Shown: positions 37,873-48,891, counted from the stretch's first letter. The stretch is DNA of 64,000 bases from Spirochaetia bacterium (GCA_965203905.1 CBDBDQ010000005.1:5216001-5280000), one strand, 5' to 3'. Made by a program: numbers and translations. Notes: a model not told the origin generated them from the letters alone.

Positions 37873-38868
37873 ATGCGCGTCTACATCTTGAGAAGACTGC
37901 TGCTGGCAATACCCACGGTGTTCCTGGTCAGCCTGATCGTCTTCTTCATGATTCGCTTCATCCCCGGAAGCGCGATCGACGCGGCGGTGGTGCGCATGGG
38001 CATGGTTGGCGGCGAGGTCGATATCTCGGCCGCGCGGGCCAAGTTCGAGCACGCACTGGGACTGGACGTATCTCCCATCATCCAGTACGGGCGCTGGATC
38101 GGAGTGCTGCCGGGGGCTGACGGCCGGGTGAGCGGCCTGTTGCAGGGGGATCTGGGCCATTCCTACTGGAAGGCCACCACCGTGCTGGAGGAGATCGCGG
38201 TGCGCTGGCCGGTCACCCTGGAGCTGGGCCTGATGGGAATGTTCGTGGGGCAGCTCATCGCGCTGCCGATCGGCATTCTCTCCGCCCTGCGGCAGGACTC
38301 GTGGGCAGACTACATCGCCCGCAGCTTCGCCATTCTCTGCATCTCGGTGCCGGGATTCTGGATCGGCACGGTGGTGATCGTGTTCCCGGCGATCTGGTGG
38401 GGATACATGCCGCCGATCATGCACGTCCCGTTTCTCGAAGATCCGCTGCGCAACATCCGCATGTTCATCGTGCCGGCGACCATCCTGGGAATGGCCATGG
38501 CCGGCGGCAGCATGCGCATGACGCGCACCATGATGCTGGAGGTGCTGCGCCAGGATTACGTCAGGACCGCCTGGGCGAAGGGGCTGCGTGAGCGCCTGGT
38601 GGTGCTCCGCCATGGCCTCAAGAACGCGCTCATCCCGGTGGTGACCTACGTCGGCCTGTGGCTGCCGGTGCTCATCGGGGGGACGGTGATCATCGAGCGC
38701 ATCTTCGCCCTGCAGGGCATGGGCTACCTGATAGTGGACGCCACCGAGTTCCGCGACTACCCGATCATGAGCGGGGTGATGCTCCTGTTCGGGCTCGGAA
38801 TGGTGATTATAAATCTCTTGGTGGACATTACTTACGGATTCCTTCAGCCGCGGGTGCAGCACACCTGA
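37873..38868 (+). CDS. ABC permease (DppB/OppB-like)
   Basis: YILRRLL.AIP, DYVRTAWAKGL, HGLKNALIPV. Confidence 0.93.
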   Translation: MRVYILRRLLLAIPTVFLVSLIVFFMIRFIPGSAIDAAVVRMGMVGGEVDISAARAKFEHALGLDVSPIIQYGRWIGVLPGADGRVSGLLQGDLGHSYWKATTVLEEIAVRWPVTLELGLMGMFVGQLIALPIGILSALRQDSWADYIARSFAILCISVPGFWIGTVVIVFPAIWWGYMPPIMHVPFLEDPLRNIRMFIVPATILGMAMAGGSMRMTRTMMLEVLRQDYVRTAWAKGLRERLVVLRHGLKNALIPVVTYVGLWLPVLIGGTVIIERIFALQGMGYLIVDATEFRDYPIMSGVMLLFGLGMVIINLLVDITYGFLQPRVQHT

Positions 38869-38889
38869 CGGGGCCCGCCGAAATCGCCG

Positions 38890-39792
38890 ATGGAAACCAG
38901 GAGCCGCTTCAGGCCGGCCGAATTCATGAATCGGCTGTGGCGCGAGAAACCGCTTGGCATGGTCGGCGCGGCAATTACCGTGCTGTTGCTGATGATCGGC
39001 CTTCTCGCCGACCTGCTGGCCCCCTACGGCATGAACGAGGTGTTCCGGCGCGAGTTGCTGGAGAAGCCGTCCGCCAAGTTCTGGCTCGGCACCGACAACT
39101 TCGGGCGCGACATCTTCAGCCGCATCATCTACGGCGCCCGCATCTCGGTGGTCGTGGGCCTGTCCGCCTCGGCGATCGCGGCGGTCTCGTCCGCGCTCAT
39201 CGGCATTGTGAGCGGCTACGTCGGCGGCCGCTTCGACCTCTGGATCCAGCGCCTGGTCGACGCCTGGATGTCCCTGCCGGGCCTGGTATTGCTGATCTTC
39301 ATGATTTCCGTGGTGGGACCGGGCATGTTCCAGCTCGTCGTCGTGCTCGGGCTGCTGCTCGGGATCGGCGGCTCGCGCGTGATCCGCAGCGCGGTGATCG
39401 CCATCAAGGAGAACGAGTACGTCGCGGCCGCGGTGGCGGTAGGCTCGCGCACCTCGGAACTGCTGCTGCGCCACATCCTGCCCAACATCATGGCGCCCAT
39501 CATCGTCCAGTTCACCACCAACGCGCCGCAGGTGATCCTGATCGAGGCGAGTCTCAGCTTCCTCGGGTACGGGATTCCGCCGCCCGCGCCGAGCTGGGGC
39601 AGCATGCTCGGCTTCAACGCCCGGCGCTACATGTTCCAGGCGTGGTGGATGGTGGTGTGGCCGGGCGTGGCGCTCAGCGTGGTAGTGTTCGGCGTCAACA
39701 TGTTCGGCGACGCGGTGCGGGATCTGCTCGATCCCAAGCTGAGAGGCGGAGCCGGGCGCTACGGATTGCGCAAGCGGAAGGTGCGGCGGTGA
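38890..39792 (+). CDS. ABC permease (DppC/OppC-like)
   Basis: LGTDNFGRDIFSRIIYGARIS, HILPNI, GDAVRDLLDP. Confidence 0.93.
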   Translation: METRSRFRPAEFMNRLWREKPLGMVGAAITVLLLMIGLLADLLAPYGMNEVFRRELLEKPSAKFWLGTDNFGRDIFSRIIYGARISVVVGLSASAIAAVSSALIGIVSGYVGGRFDLWIQRLVDAWMSLPGLVLLIFMISVVGPGMFQLVVVLGLLLGIGGSRVIRSAVIAIKENEYVAAAVAVGSRTSELLLRHILPNIMAPIIVQFTTNAPQVILIEASLSFLGYGIPPPAPSWGSMLGFNARRYMFQAWWMVVWPGVALSVVVFGVNMFGDAVRDLLDPKLRGGAGRYGLRKRKVRR

Positions 39793-39869
39793 GCTGCCGC
39801 GGGCCGCCGTGCCGGCGGCGCTGTCCTTTCGTGTTCGAGAGCTATACGGGTAATTTGGAGGAGTAAACC

Positions 39870-41612
39870 ATGTATAAGAGAGCTTTAGTGTTGCTGGCTT
39901 CGCTGCTGGCGGTGGCCCTGTTGCCGGCGCTGGCATTCGCCAGTGCCGCGGCCGATGCGGAGCCCGAGCCGGCCACCGCGGCCATGGCCGACGGCGAGCC
40001 ACAGTACGGCGGCACGTTCACCTACCTGATCTGGGGTACGGGAGACGCGGAGAGTGCCGACGTCCACGTCGACATCTGGCCGGCGCTGCAGTACGTCAGC
40101 CCGGTGCTGGAGAAGCTGGCGAACGGCAACATCGACAAGTACGGGCCCAAGGGTACTGGTGAGTACACCTTCGGACCGCAGCCCACGGTGCCCTACAAGT
40201 TCGTCGAGGGGAACGTGGTAGAGAGCTGGGAGGTAACGGCGGAGAAGGCGACCCTGCACGTTCGTCCCGGCGTGTTCTGGACCGGATTGAGCGTGAATCC
40301 GGGAGTGATGGACCGGCGCGAGTACACGGCCCAGGACCTGGCGACCATTCTCCAGCGTATCCTGGAGTCGCCGCGCGGCGGCGGAGTCGTGGCCAGCGAC
40401 TTCATAGCTACTCCCTATTCCGAATCGATCTACGCGCAGGACGATTACACGGCCATCATCGAGTTCAAGCAGTTCTACTTCGAGTGGTGGACCAACATCC
40501 TGCTGAGCTTCGAGCAGATGGCACCGGAGACGATCGCGGCCGGTCCCAAGGACTGGCACAACCTGGTCGGTACCGGTCCGTTCGTGATCAAGGAATACGT
40601 GTCGGGCTCGCACATTGCCTACCAGAGGAATCCCGACTACTGGAAACGCACCGTCATCGACGGCAAGGAGTACCAGACCCCGTTCGTGGACGAGATGGTG
40701 TGGCCGTTCATCGCCGACGAGTCGACCCAGATCGCGGCGCTGAGGACGGCAACGCTCGATGCCCACCTCAACGTCGACGTATCGCACCAGGAGTCGTTGG
40801 ACCGCACCAATCCCGATCTGCTGAAGACGGAGCAGCCGTCGGGCGACGCCAACTTCATCGTGTTGCGCGCGGACAAGGAGCCGTTCACCGACGTCAACGT
40901 GCGCCGCGCGATGATGATCGGAACCGACCGCGGGGCGATCTTCGACGCCGTGACCGGGATCGGCGTCGGCTACTCGTGGCCAATCTTTCCGGGCAGCACC
41001 GGTCACGTGCCGATGGAGGAGCTTCCGGAATCGACTCGGATGCTGTTCGACCACAACCCGGAGCTGGCCAGGAAGATGCTGGCAGACGCCGGCTACCCGG
41101 ACGGCTTCGACCTGGAGATTACCGTTCCGACGGTAGAGCTGGAGATGATCGATCTGGCGGAGATGCTGGCCGGGCTGTGGGAACAGGACCTGGGCGTCAA
41201 GCTGAACATCAACATCGTCGACCACAACGCCTACGGTGCGATGCGCGAGCAGCGAACCTACGGCAACATCATCATGTGGGAAGGCTATCCGCTGCTGTCC
41301 TCGTCGGTGATCGACTACTACAAGACCGGCGCGTACAGCAATTACAGCATGTACTCCAACGCGCGGATCGACGAGCTGGCCGCGCAGGTGTCGGTGTTGA
41401 GCGAAGTGTCCGACCTGGATCCGTTGCTGCAGGAGATGTTCACCATCGCCCTCGACGAGGTGGCGATCATTCCCCTGGCCATGGCGTCGCAATACACCTA
41501 CTGGTGGCCGTGGGTGAGGAACTACCATGGCGAGCGCAACGCCACCATCATCCAACCCCCGGTCGAGACCTTGTGGATCGATCAGGCGCTGAAGCAGGAG
41601 ATGGGCTACTGA
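39870..41612 (+). CDS. ABC transporter substrate-binding protein, family 5
   Basis: Signal peptide, PQYGG, VGTGPF, RNPDYW, VRRAM, AGYPDGF. Confidence 0.92.
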   Translation: MYKRALVLLASLLAVALLPALAFASAAADAEPEPATAAMADGEPQYGGTFTYLIWGTGDAESADVHVDIWPALQYVSPVLEKLANGNIDKYGPKGTGEYTFGPQPTVPYKFVEGNVVESWEVTAEKATLHVRPGVFWTGLSVNPGVMDRREYTAQDLATILQRILESPRGGGVVASDFIATPYSESIYAQDDYTAIIEFKQFYFEWWTNILLSFEQMAPETIAAGPKDWHNLVGTGPFVIKEYVSGSHIAYQRNPDYWKRTVIDGKEYQTPFVDEMVWPFIADESTQIAALRTATLDAHLNVDVSHQESLDRTNPDLLKTEQPSGDANFIVLRADKEPFTDVNVRRAMMIGTDRGAIFDAVTGIGVGYSWPIFPGSTGHVPMEELPESTRMLFDHNPELARKMLADAGYPDGFDLEITVPTVELEMIDLAEMLAGLWEQDLGVKLNINIVDHNAYGAMREQRTYGNIIMWEGYPLLSSSVIDYYKTGAYSNYSMYSNARIDELAAQVSVLSEVSDLDPLLQEMFTIALDEVAIIPLAMASQYTYWWPWVRNYHGERNATIIQPPVETLWIDQALKQEMGY

Positions 41613-41639
41613 TCACCGCGGGCCGGTGCCGGCGCGCAG

Positions 41640-41675
41640 GCGCTGGTGCGACGTGGCATCGCGTTGCACCAGCGC
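41640..41675 (+). terminator. Stem-loop after the SBP gene
   Basis: gcgctggtgcgacg ... cgttgcaccagcgc. Confidence 0.55.
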
Positions 41676-41739
41676 CCGGCGCGCCCGCCGGCCGGCGTGA
41701 GCCCACGATGACGGAATTGCGCCGCGCGAGGCTCCCCGC

Positions 41740-42657
41740 ATGTCGGTAGTGCCGGCGGCCGCCACGGTGCCGGTGCACGTGCTGTCGGGGTTTCTCGGTT
41801 CCGGCAAGACCACGTTGCTGAACCGGCTGCTGGCGGCGCTGCCGGCGGGGACGCGGTTCGCCGTCGTGGTGAACGACTTCGGGGCGGTGGCGGTGGACGG
41901 CGCCCTGGTCGACCGCGGCAGCTACGCGGTGGCCGAGCTGGCCTCGGGGTGCGTGTGCTGCACCCTGAGCGCACCCATGCAGGAGGCGCTGAGCGAATTG
42001 CTGGACGAGGAGCAGCCGGACACCATCCTGATGGAGACCACCGGGCTGGCGGAGCCGGCGGCGTTTCCGGCGCTGTTCGCGGCACCGGAGCTGGCCGCCC
42101 GCATCCGCCTGGGAAACGTGGCGTGCGTGGTGGACACCAGCACCTATCTCCGCTACGCCGACCACCTGCTGGTGCTGCCGCGGCAGGTGGAGCAGGCCAA
42201 CACGGTGATCATGAACAAGGTCGACCTGGCCGACGCGGCCACGCGGGAAGCGGTTCGCCGCCGCCTGCTGGAGACCTGCCCTCCGGGCACGTTGCTGCTG
42301 GCCGCCGAGCGCTGCGCCGTCGACCCGCGCGTGGTGTACGACGAGCGTCCGGTCTACTTCATCGGCGGCGGCCACCGTGCCGGCCACGACCGGGAGTTCC
42401 AAAGCCTGACCGTTGAAACCGCGCACCGGGTGCGGCTGCCGGCGTTGCGGCAGCTCCTGCAGGGGCTGGCCGGGGAAGTGGAGCGGGCCAAGGGGATGGT
42501 GCACACGGAGGCCGGCCCGAAGCTGGTGCAGCTTACCCTGGCGGGAGTGGAGATCGAGGACTGGCCGGAGCCGCCGGCGGACGCGCGCATCACCTTCGTC
42601 GGCCGCGACCTCGCGGCGCTGGAGCTGCCGGACCGGGTGGCCGCACTCGGCCGATAG
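41740..42657 (+). CDS. CobW/COG0523 family G3E GTPase (putative metallochaperone)
   Basis: [36 protein letters not shown]. Confidence 0.92.
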   Translation: MSVVPAAATVPVHVLSGFLGSGKTTLLNRLLAALPAGTRFAVVVNDFGAVAVDGALVDRGSYAVAELASGCVCCTLSAPMQEALSELLDEEQPDTILMETTGLAEPAAFPALFAAPELAARIRLGNVACVVDTSTYLRYADHLLVLPRQVEQANTVIMNKVDLADAATREAVRRRLLETCPPGTLLLAAERCAVDPRVVYDERPVYFIGGGHRAGHDREFQSLTVETAHRVRLPALRQLLQGLAGEVERAKGMVHTEAGPKLVQLTLAGVEIEDWPEPPADARITFVGRDLAALELPDRVAALGR

Positions 42658-42664
42658 TCATCCC

Positions 42665-44353
42665 ATGTACGACTACGAGGCCATCCTGGCTTCCCAGTCC
42701 CTTCGCGTAGAGCGCGCCTATCCGACCCAGATCACGGACCGGTCGCATCCCGCGCACGGTGCATTCCTGTCCGAGACGAGCGGCGCCCATCCCAACGCCG
42801 ACCACGGCGCCAATGCGTCGCTGCTGGCCAGTGCCTGCTGCGTGCTCCTGGCCGACGGTTCCCGGCTGAAGGGTGACGCCGAGCTGTTCGACCGGGTGCA
42901 ATGGAGCGTCGCGTTCCAGCGCCGCTGGCAGCGGCCGACGGGCCTGATCGACCTGGTCGGCATGAACTTCGAGTCCCCGCCCGACACCGGCTTCGCGGTA
43001 CAGCTTCTGGCGCCGGCCGTGGCGCTTGCCCGCGGCCTTGCCGCCGGCGGCGACAGCCAGGCAAAGGCGATCGCCGAATCGCTCGGCGCGTTCGTCCGCA
43101 CCGCTGCCGGCGGGATGATCGATCGGGGTTTCCACACTCCCAATCATCGGTGGGTGGTGTGCTCCGCTCTGGCCCAGGCCATGACGCTGTTCCCGGAGAT
43201 CGGGGCCGGGCCCTACGTGGAACGCATCCTCGCCGAAACGGTCGACATCAACGAGGACGGGGAATACACGGAGCGCAGCACGGGCGTCTACAACGCCGTC
43301 TGCAACCGGTCACTGCGCTTCATGGCCCACCACCTGGGAAAGCCCGACCTGCTGGATCCGGTGAGGAGGAACCTCGACATCATGTCCCACCTGTTTCACC
43401 AGGATGGGACCGTCGACACCAGCTTCTCCGGCCGGCAGGACCGCGGCCAGCGCATCGTCCCGGTCGCGATCGCCGATTCCTTCTTCGACCTGGCCCAGCG
43501 TGATGGAAACGGTGTCTGGGCCCGGATCGCCGACGAGTTGGTGGCGGCCGGGGAAGCCGCCGCGCACAGTCCCTGGCTGCTCCAGCCCTTCCTTGCGAAT
43601 CCGGAATACCGGCGGGAGAGGCTGGCGCGCAAGCCGCGTCCGGATCACTACGCGAAGCACTACCCGGCCAGCGGTCTCTGGCGCGTGCGGCGCGGGCCGC
43701 TCTCCGCCACCGCCGCAACCGGCAGCCGGGCCGCCTTCGCGGTGCGCTACGGCGATGTCAACCTGCGCTCCGTCAAGTTCTCGGGGACCTACCTGCGCAG
43801 CGCGAACTTCTCCGCGGACCGGATGGCACCGATCGACGGCGGGGTGCGGCTGGAACGGGCGGGGAGGGCACACCCGCTGCCGGGATACGAGCTTCCCCTG
43901 GGACGGCCGCTGGCGTTCGGTTCGGTGCACGCGGCCCGGCCCTCGCGCGGACGCTGGACCCTCCCCCCGATCGACCTGCGACTCGACATCCGCGAAGTCG
44001 AGAACGGGTTCGACCTGCGCTACCTGACCCGCGGCGGGCTCGACCGGATTCCGATAGAGATCGAGTGCGCCTTCGAAGGACCCGGAGAGTGGGAGACGGC
44101 CGACCAGGTCACCCAGGTGACCGCCGGCATGACCTCGGTGCTCAAGTCGGGCCATGGCACCTTCCGACGCGGCGATCAGGCCATCCGGATCGGGCCGGGC
44201 AGCGGCGTGCACTACGATTGGCAGATGCGGGAGTCGGAGCCCAGCCTGGACAGCTTCAGAGTGCTGATCACGCTGCAGACGCCGGTCGACCGGACGCTGG
44301 AGATCCGGTACGGCTCCTGGTCGCTCGCGACCCGCTCTCTGGCGGGCGCCTGA
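42665..44353 (+). CDS. Hypothetical protein (possibly heparinase II/III-like)
   Basis: 562-aa ORF in an operon; GFHTPNHRWV, DINEDGEYTERS.G.YN. The fold assignment is tentative. Confidence 0.7.
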   Translation: MYDYEAILASQSLRVERAYPTQITDRSHPAHGAFLSETSGAHPNADHGANASLLASACCVLLADGSRLKGDAELFDRVQWSVAFQRRWQRPTGLIDLVGMNFESPPDTGFAVQLLAPAVALARGLAAGGDSQAKAIAESLGAFVRTAAGGMIDRGFHTPNHRWVVCSALAQAMTLFPEIGAGPYVERILAETVDINEDGEYTERSTGVYNAVCNRSLRFMAHHLGKPDLLDPVRRNLDIMSHLFHQDGTVDTSFSGRQDRGQRIVPVAIADSFFDLAQRDGNGVWARIADELVAAGEAAAHSPWLLQPFLANPEYRRERLARKPRPDHYAKHYPASGLWRVRRGPLSATAATGSRAAFAVRYGDVNLRSVKFSGTYLRSANFSADRMAPIDGGVRLERAGRAHPLPGYELPLGRPLAFGSVHAARPSRGRWTLPPIDLRLDIREVENGFDLRYLTRGGLDRIPIEIECAFEGPGEWETADQVTQVTAGMTSVLKSGHGTFRRGDQAIRIGPGSGVHYDWQMRESEPSLDSFRVLITLQTPVDRTLEIRYGSWSLATRSLAGA

Positions 44354-44358
44354 CGAGC

Positions 44359-45177
44359 ATGGGACCGCGCTTGACCGATGATGTGTTCGACCAGCTCTGC
44401 ACGCAGGGCTACGCCATCGTCCCGCGCTACTTCCCGGAACCACAGCGGGCGGCCATGGCCGCGGCCCTGCGCCGTGTGCTCAGACCCTGGGACCAGGTGC
44501 GGGACGATCCGCCGGCCGACCGCCGCGACACGTATTTCTTTCCCTATCCCGAACAGGTCCTCAACCGCGCCATCGTCGACCGCGAGGCGATCGCCTTTGC
44601 CCGCCGCTGGCTGGGCACCGACCGCATCCAGTACCGGCCCGGCCTGGGCCTGGTCACCTACCCGGGGTTTCGCGGCAACGGCGACCGGGCGCACATCGAC
44701 AACGGCAACAACTCGCTGTTGCCGCCGACGCTGGAGGACCGCGGCCACAGCCAGATCATCTTCTGGTTCTACCTGGAGGACGTGGACGAGGACCAGGCAC
44801 CCACCCGCTTCCTGGCCACGGCCGACGGGCAGGACATGAGCCGCGCGGTGCCGATGGTGGCGCCCGGCGGCTCCGTGGGCATTTTTCACAACTACACCTG
44901 GCACGCGGCCACGGACTATACACGCCCGAGCGGCCAGCGCTACGTGTGGAAGTTCGCCTTCGGCCGCGCCGACCACTACTGGGAAGGCACCGCCCACTAC
45001 ACCCAGGTCGGTGAGGATCCCCACTTCCGTGCCTTCATCAGCGGCCTCGGCGCCCGTGACCGCGAGCTGTTCCGCTTTCCGCCGGCCGGCCATTCCTACT
45101 ACACGGCGCAGACGCTGCGGGCCCTGGAGGAACAGTACCCGGGCTGGAACCGGGACGGCGAGTACAGGCCCGCCTGA
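44359..45177 (+). CDS. PhyH-like Fe(II)/2OG dioxygenase
   Basis: QGYAIVPRYF, HID, YLEDVDE..APT, WHAA. Confidence 0.8.
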   Translation: MGPRLTDDVFDQLCTQGYAIVPRYFPEPQRAAMAAALRRVLRPWDQVRDDPPADRRDTYFFPYPEQVLNRAIVDREAIAFARRWLGTDRIQYRPGLGLVTYPGFRGNGDRAHIDNGNNSLLPPTLEDRGHSQIIFWFYLEDVDEDQAPTRFLATADGQDMSRAVPMVAPGGSVGIFHNYTWHAATDYTRPSGQRYVWKFAFGRADHYWEGTAHYTQVGEDPHFRAFISGLGARDRELFRFPPAGHSYYTAQTLRALEEQYPGWNRDGEYRPA

Positions 45178-46205
45178 TGCCCGCTCCGGCCGCCACGGTG
45201 GGTGTGATCGCGAATCCCATGGCTGCCACCGACATTCGGCGGGTGACCGCCAACGCGACCGGCATGCCGATCGGGGACCGCGCCAACACGGTATTGCGGG
45301 TCATGGCGTCGCTGGGCGCCTGCGGGGTGTCGCGCGTGCTGATGATGCCGGAGAACGGCGGCATCCGCAGGCACCTGGTGCGCAGCCTGGAGCGTGAACG
45401 CCGACTGGGCGAAGCGGAACTGCCGCGTCTGGACTTCACCGACACCCCGGTTGCCGGCACCGTGGACGATACCTTCGCCGCCACCCGGGCGATGGTCGCG
45501 GCGGGCGTGAACGCGATCGTCGTCCTCGGCGGCGACGGTACCCACCGAGCGGTGGCCAGGTGCTGCGGAGCAGCGTGGATCGCCGGCATCTCGACCGGCA
45601 CCAACAACGCCTTTCCAGAACAACGCGAACCCACCGTCATCGGTCTGGGCGTGGGGCTGGCGGTGACCGGACGTGTCCCTGCGGCGGTGGCGCTTCGCCC
45701 GAACAAGATCCTGCAGGTGACGATCAACGGCGGCCAGCAATCGGACATCGCCCTGGTGGACGTGTCCGTGACTACCGAACCGTACGCGGGCGCCCGCGCA
45801 CTGTGGCGCAGTGAGCAACTGCGCGAGATATTCGTCACCTTCGCCGATCCCGAGACGATCGGCCTGTCCGCGGTCGCCGGATTCCTGCAGCCCGTGGGCC
45901 GGCGCGAGCCGTTCGGTCTGCGCGTCCAGTTGCGCCCTCCCGCGGAGGCGGCCACCGTGCTGCGGGTGCCGATTGCGCCCGGGCTGATCAAGCCGATCGG
46001 CGTGCGGCGCTACGAGACGCTGGCGGCGGGCGCGACGACGCCCCTGCACCACGAGTCGGGCATGATTTCCCTGGATGGCGAGCGCGAGCTGCACGTCCGG
46101 CCCGGCGACCGGGCGGAAATCACCCTCCGCCCGAATGCGTTCCACACGCTCGACGTGGGCGCGGTGATGCGCTACGCCGCGCAGCACCGCCTGTTGACGC
46201 TCTAG
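45177..46205 (+). CDS. ATP-NAD kinase / AcoX family protein
   Basis: GVIANPMA..DIRR, VLGGDGTHR, ISTGTNNAFP, LDGERE. Confidence 0.85.
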   Translation: MPAPAATVGVIANPMAATDIRRVTANATGMPIGDRANTVLRVMASLGACGVSRVLMMPENGGIRRHLVRSLERERRLGEAELPRLDFTDTPVAGTVDDTFAATRAMVAAGVNAIVVLGGDGTHRAVARCCGAAWIAGISTGTNNAFPEQREPTVIGLGVGLAVTGRVPAAVALRPNKILQVTINGGQQSDIALVDVSVTTEPYAGARALWRSEQLREIFVTFADPETIGLSAVAGFLQPVGRREPFGLRVQLRPPAEAATVLRVPIAPGLIKPIGVRRYETLAAGATTPLHHESGMISLDGERELHVRPGDRAEITLRPNAFHTLDVGAVMRYAAQHRLLTL

Positions 46206-46323
46206 CTTGCAGCCCGTGCTCGCGCCGCGGTTAAAGTGCCGCAGCAGCCATGGGTTCACCAGCAGGACCGGCACCGTGGCAACCGTCTGATTCAGAACAC
46301 CATAAGCCTCCGGGGACTTAACC

Positions 46324-47949
46324 TTAACGGTACTGGCGCTGGTAGGCGGCGGTGGTCATCTCCAGCACCTTGTCGATGCCGATGTCCTGCAGCCCCTTCA
46401 CGAACTCGTCCCAGTCGCCGTCGATGTCCTTGCGGCCGGTGATGAACATGGCGTTCCACTCGTCCATGTGCTGGCGGACCAGCGCCAGCGGCTCGCTCAG
46501 CTCCTGCACCATGTCCAGGTCCAGGAACAGCGGCGGCAGCGCCTTGTTCTCGATGCCGTAGGGTTTCATGGCGTAGGTGCTGGCCTTCCACAGCTCGTGC
46601 TCCAGGTTCCAGGCGCCTTGCTCGGCGGCCACGCTGAAGTAGTAGGTGTTGCCGTCGGCGATCTGCGGAATCGACTGCCCCCAGTGCGAGTTGTGCGGCA
46701 CGCCCCACTCGGTCAGGCGCACCCAGGTGGCCTGCTCGCCGGTGATGCCGAGCTCGCCCGGCTTGGCCGGCCGCCAGTCCTCGCCCTCCTGGCCCCAGCC
46801 GCCGAGGATCGCCTTCGTCTCGTCATACATCATGTCGCCCCAGCGGTAGGCGATCTCCGGGTGCTGGCTGTCCTTGGTGACCACGAAGATCGGCGTGATG
46901 CCGACGTAGTACACCGGCGTCTGCCGGCCGGCCGGGCCCTCCAGCGGCGGCATCGCCTCGTAGTCGTTCTTGGCGCCGTCGGCGTCGAGCGCCGCGAACA
47001 TGCCGTGGTAGCCGCCCAGGCTCATGCCGACCTGGTTGCCGTCCGGGTTCTCGGTGAGTTGGCGCAGGCTGTTCTGGTCGATGGAGAAGCTCTCGGGGTC
47101 GAGCAGCCCCTCGTCGTGCAGCATCTTGAGGTAGCGCAGGCCGTCCTGCCAGCCGGGCTGCAGCGGCGCGAACACGATCTCGTCGCCCTCGACGTAGCGC
47201 CACATGGTGGAGTTGCCGGGGTTGAAGGCGAACGGGTTCATCAGGAACGCGGTGCTGTCGCTGTGCCAGCTATTGGCCAGCGACAGCAGCGGAATCTCGT
47301 CCTCCTTGCCGTTGCCGTTGGCGTCGTTCTCCTTGAATGCACGCAGCACCTCCACCAGCTCGTCGGTGGTCTGCGGCATCTCCAGGCCGAGCCGCTGCAT
47401 CCAGTCCACGTTGATCCAGGCGCGCTGCGCGTAGCGGCAGTGGTAACAGTCGTTGTAGTAGGGCAGCGCGTAGATGTTGCCGTCCGGCGCGGTGATCACG
47501 TTGCGCGCGTTGGGCTCCAGCTTGAACACCTTGTGGATGCCGTGGCCGTACTCATCGATCAGGTCGTTGAGCGGGGTGAACAGCCCCTGCGCCCCGTACA
47601 GGATCACCTGCTCGAAGCTCAGCGGGGTCGAGATGATGTCGGGCAGATCGGAGCCGCTGGACAGCATCAGGGACAGCTTCTCCTGCTTGTCCTGCGCCGG
47701 CACCTGGATCCACTCGATGTTGACGCCGGTCATTCCCTCCCAGTAGATCGTCGCCTTGTTGGTGTTGAAGTCGCCGATGAACGGCGCCGGGGCCACGAAC
47801 ACCGACAGCGTCACCGGCTCCTCGACGATCGGCAGCACCCCGGCCGGGGTCGGCAGCAGGCGCTCGGCGGCGGCCTCCTCCCCGGCGGCGGCGCCGAACG
47901 CCTGCACCGGCACGATCGCCAGCGCGAACAACGTAATGAGCTTTTTCAT
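46324..47949 (-). CDS. Carbohydrate ABC substrate-binding protein (family 1, LplA-like)
   Basis: MKKLITLF signal, SGSDLPDI, APDGNIYALP, AFKENDANGNGKEDEIP. Confidence 0.92.
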   Translation of the reverse strand: MKKLITLFALAIVPVQAFGAAAGEEAAAERLLPTPAGVLPIVEEPVTLSVFVAPAPFIGDFNTNKATIYWEGMTGVNIEWIQVPAQDKQEKLSLMLSSGSDLPDIISTPLSFEQVILYGAQGLFTPLNDLIDEYGHGIHKVFKLEPNARNVITAPDGNIYALPYYNDCYHCRYAQRAWINVDWMQRLGLEMPQTTDELVEVLRAFKENDANGNGKEDEIPLLSLANSWHSDSTAFLMNPFAFNPGNSTMWRYVEGDEIVFAPLQPGWQDGLRYLKMLHDEGLLDPESFSIDQNSLRQLTENPDGNQVGMSLGGYHGMFAALDADGAKNDYEAMPPLEGPAGRQTPVYYVGITPIFVVTKDSQHPEIAYRWGDMMYDETKAILGGWGQEGEDWRPAKPGELGITGEQATWVRLTEWGVPHNSHWGQSIPQIADGNTYYFSVAAEQGAWNLEHELWKASTYAMKPYGIENKALPPLFLDLDMVQELSEPLALVRQHMDEWNAMFITGRKDIDGDWDEFVKGLQDIGIDKVLEMTTAAYQRQYR

Positions 47950-47984
47950 ACAGCTCCTCCTCTCGGGCTTGATTTGGGTCCAAG

Positions 47985-48890
47985 CTACCCCTTGATTGCC
48001 CCTATCATGACACCTTTCACGAAGTAGCGCTGGACAAACGGGTACATGATCATCACGGGAACGCTGGCCACCACGATGAGCGAGTACTTCAGCAGCGCCA
48101 CCAGGCCCTGGCGCGCCTCCAGCGCCTCCAGGTCGACACCGGTCAGCATGCTCTGATCCACCTCGTTGAGGATCAGGATCTCGCGCAGCACCAGTTGCAG
48201 CGGGTACAGCCGCTTCTCGTTCAGGTAGATGAACCCCTGGAAGAACCCGTTCCAGTGGGTCACCACGCCGTAGAACAGGGCGTTGACCGCGATGATGGCG
48301 CCCGACAGGTGCAGCACCACGTAGAACACGAACTGGAAGTCGCTGCAGCCGTCGATGCGCGCCGCCTCCAGCAGCTCGGGCGCGAGGGTGCTCTGGAAGA
48401 AGGTGCGGGTGATGATCACGTTCCACACGCTCAGCGCCACCGGAATGATCATCACCGCGCGCGTGTTCACCATCCCGAGATTCCGAATCAGGATGTACGT
48501 CGGGATCAAGCCACCCTGGAAAATCAGGGTGAAGACGAAGAACATCATGATCGCGTTGCGCGCCTTGAAGTCGCGCCGCGACAGCGGGTAGCCGGCCAGG
48601 ATCGTCATCGCCACGTTCACGGTGGTGCCGACCACCATGTAGAAGAACGAGTTGTAGTAGCCGCGCATGATCCCCTGGTGGGTGAACACCGCCTCGTAGC
48701 CGCGCAGCGACGGCTCCACCGGCCACAGCCATACGCGGCCGGAGATCACCGCATCGGTGGAGCTGAACGAGGAGCTGAGCACGTAGATCAGCGGATACAG
48801 CACCACTATCAGTGTCAGGATCAGGAAGGCGTTGTTGGCCGCGTAGAACACGCGGTCGGCGGCGGAGACGGTGATCGACGGCCTCGCCAT
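47985..48890 (-). CDS. Carbohydrate ABC permease (MalG/LplC-like)
   Basis: GGLIPTY, ELLEAARIDG, YPFVQRYFVKGVMIGAIKG. Confidence 0.93.
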   Translation of the reverse strand: MARPSITVSAADRVFYAANNAFLILTLIVVLYPLIYVLSSSFSSTDAVISGRVWLWPVEPSLRGYEAVFTHQGIMRGYYNSFFYMVVGTTVNVAMTILAGYPLSRRDFKARNAIMMFFVFTLIFQGGLIPTYILIRNLGMVNTRAVMIIPVALSVWNVIITRTFFQSTLAPELLEAARIDGCSDFQFVFYVVLHLSGAIIAVNALFYGVVTHWNGFFQGFIYLNEKRLYPLQLVLREILILNEVDQSMLTGVDLEALEARQGLVALLKYSLIVVASVPVMIMYPFVQRYFVKGVMIGAIKG

Positions 48891-48891
48891 G

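Noticed and set aside
46324-48732. 802-aa ORF as one protein
   Set aside because: The upstream 261 codons overlap the permease in another frame. The real start is ATG 47949, with a GAGGAG RBS and a signal peptide.
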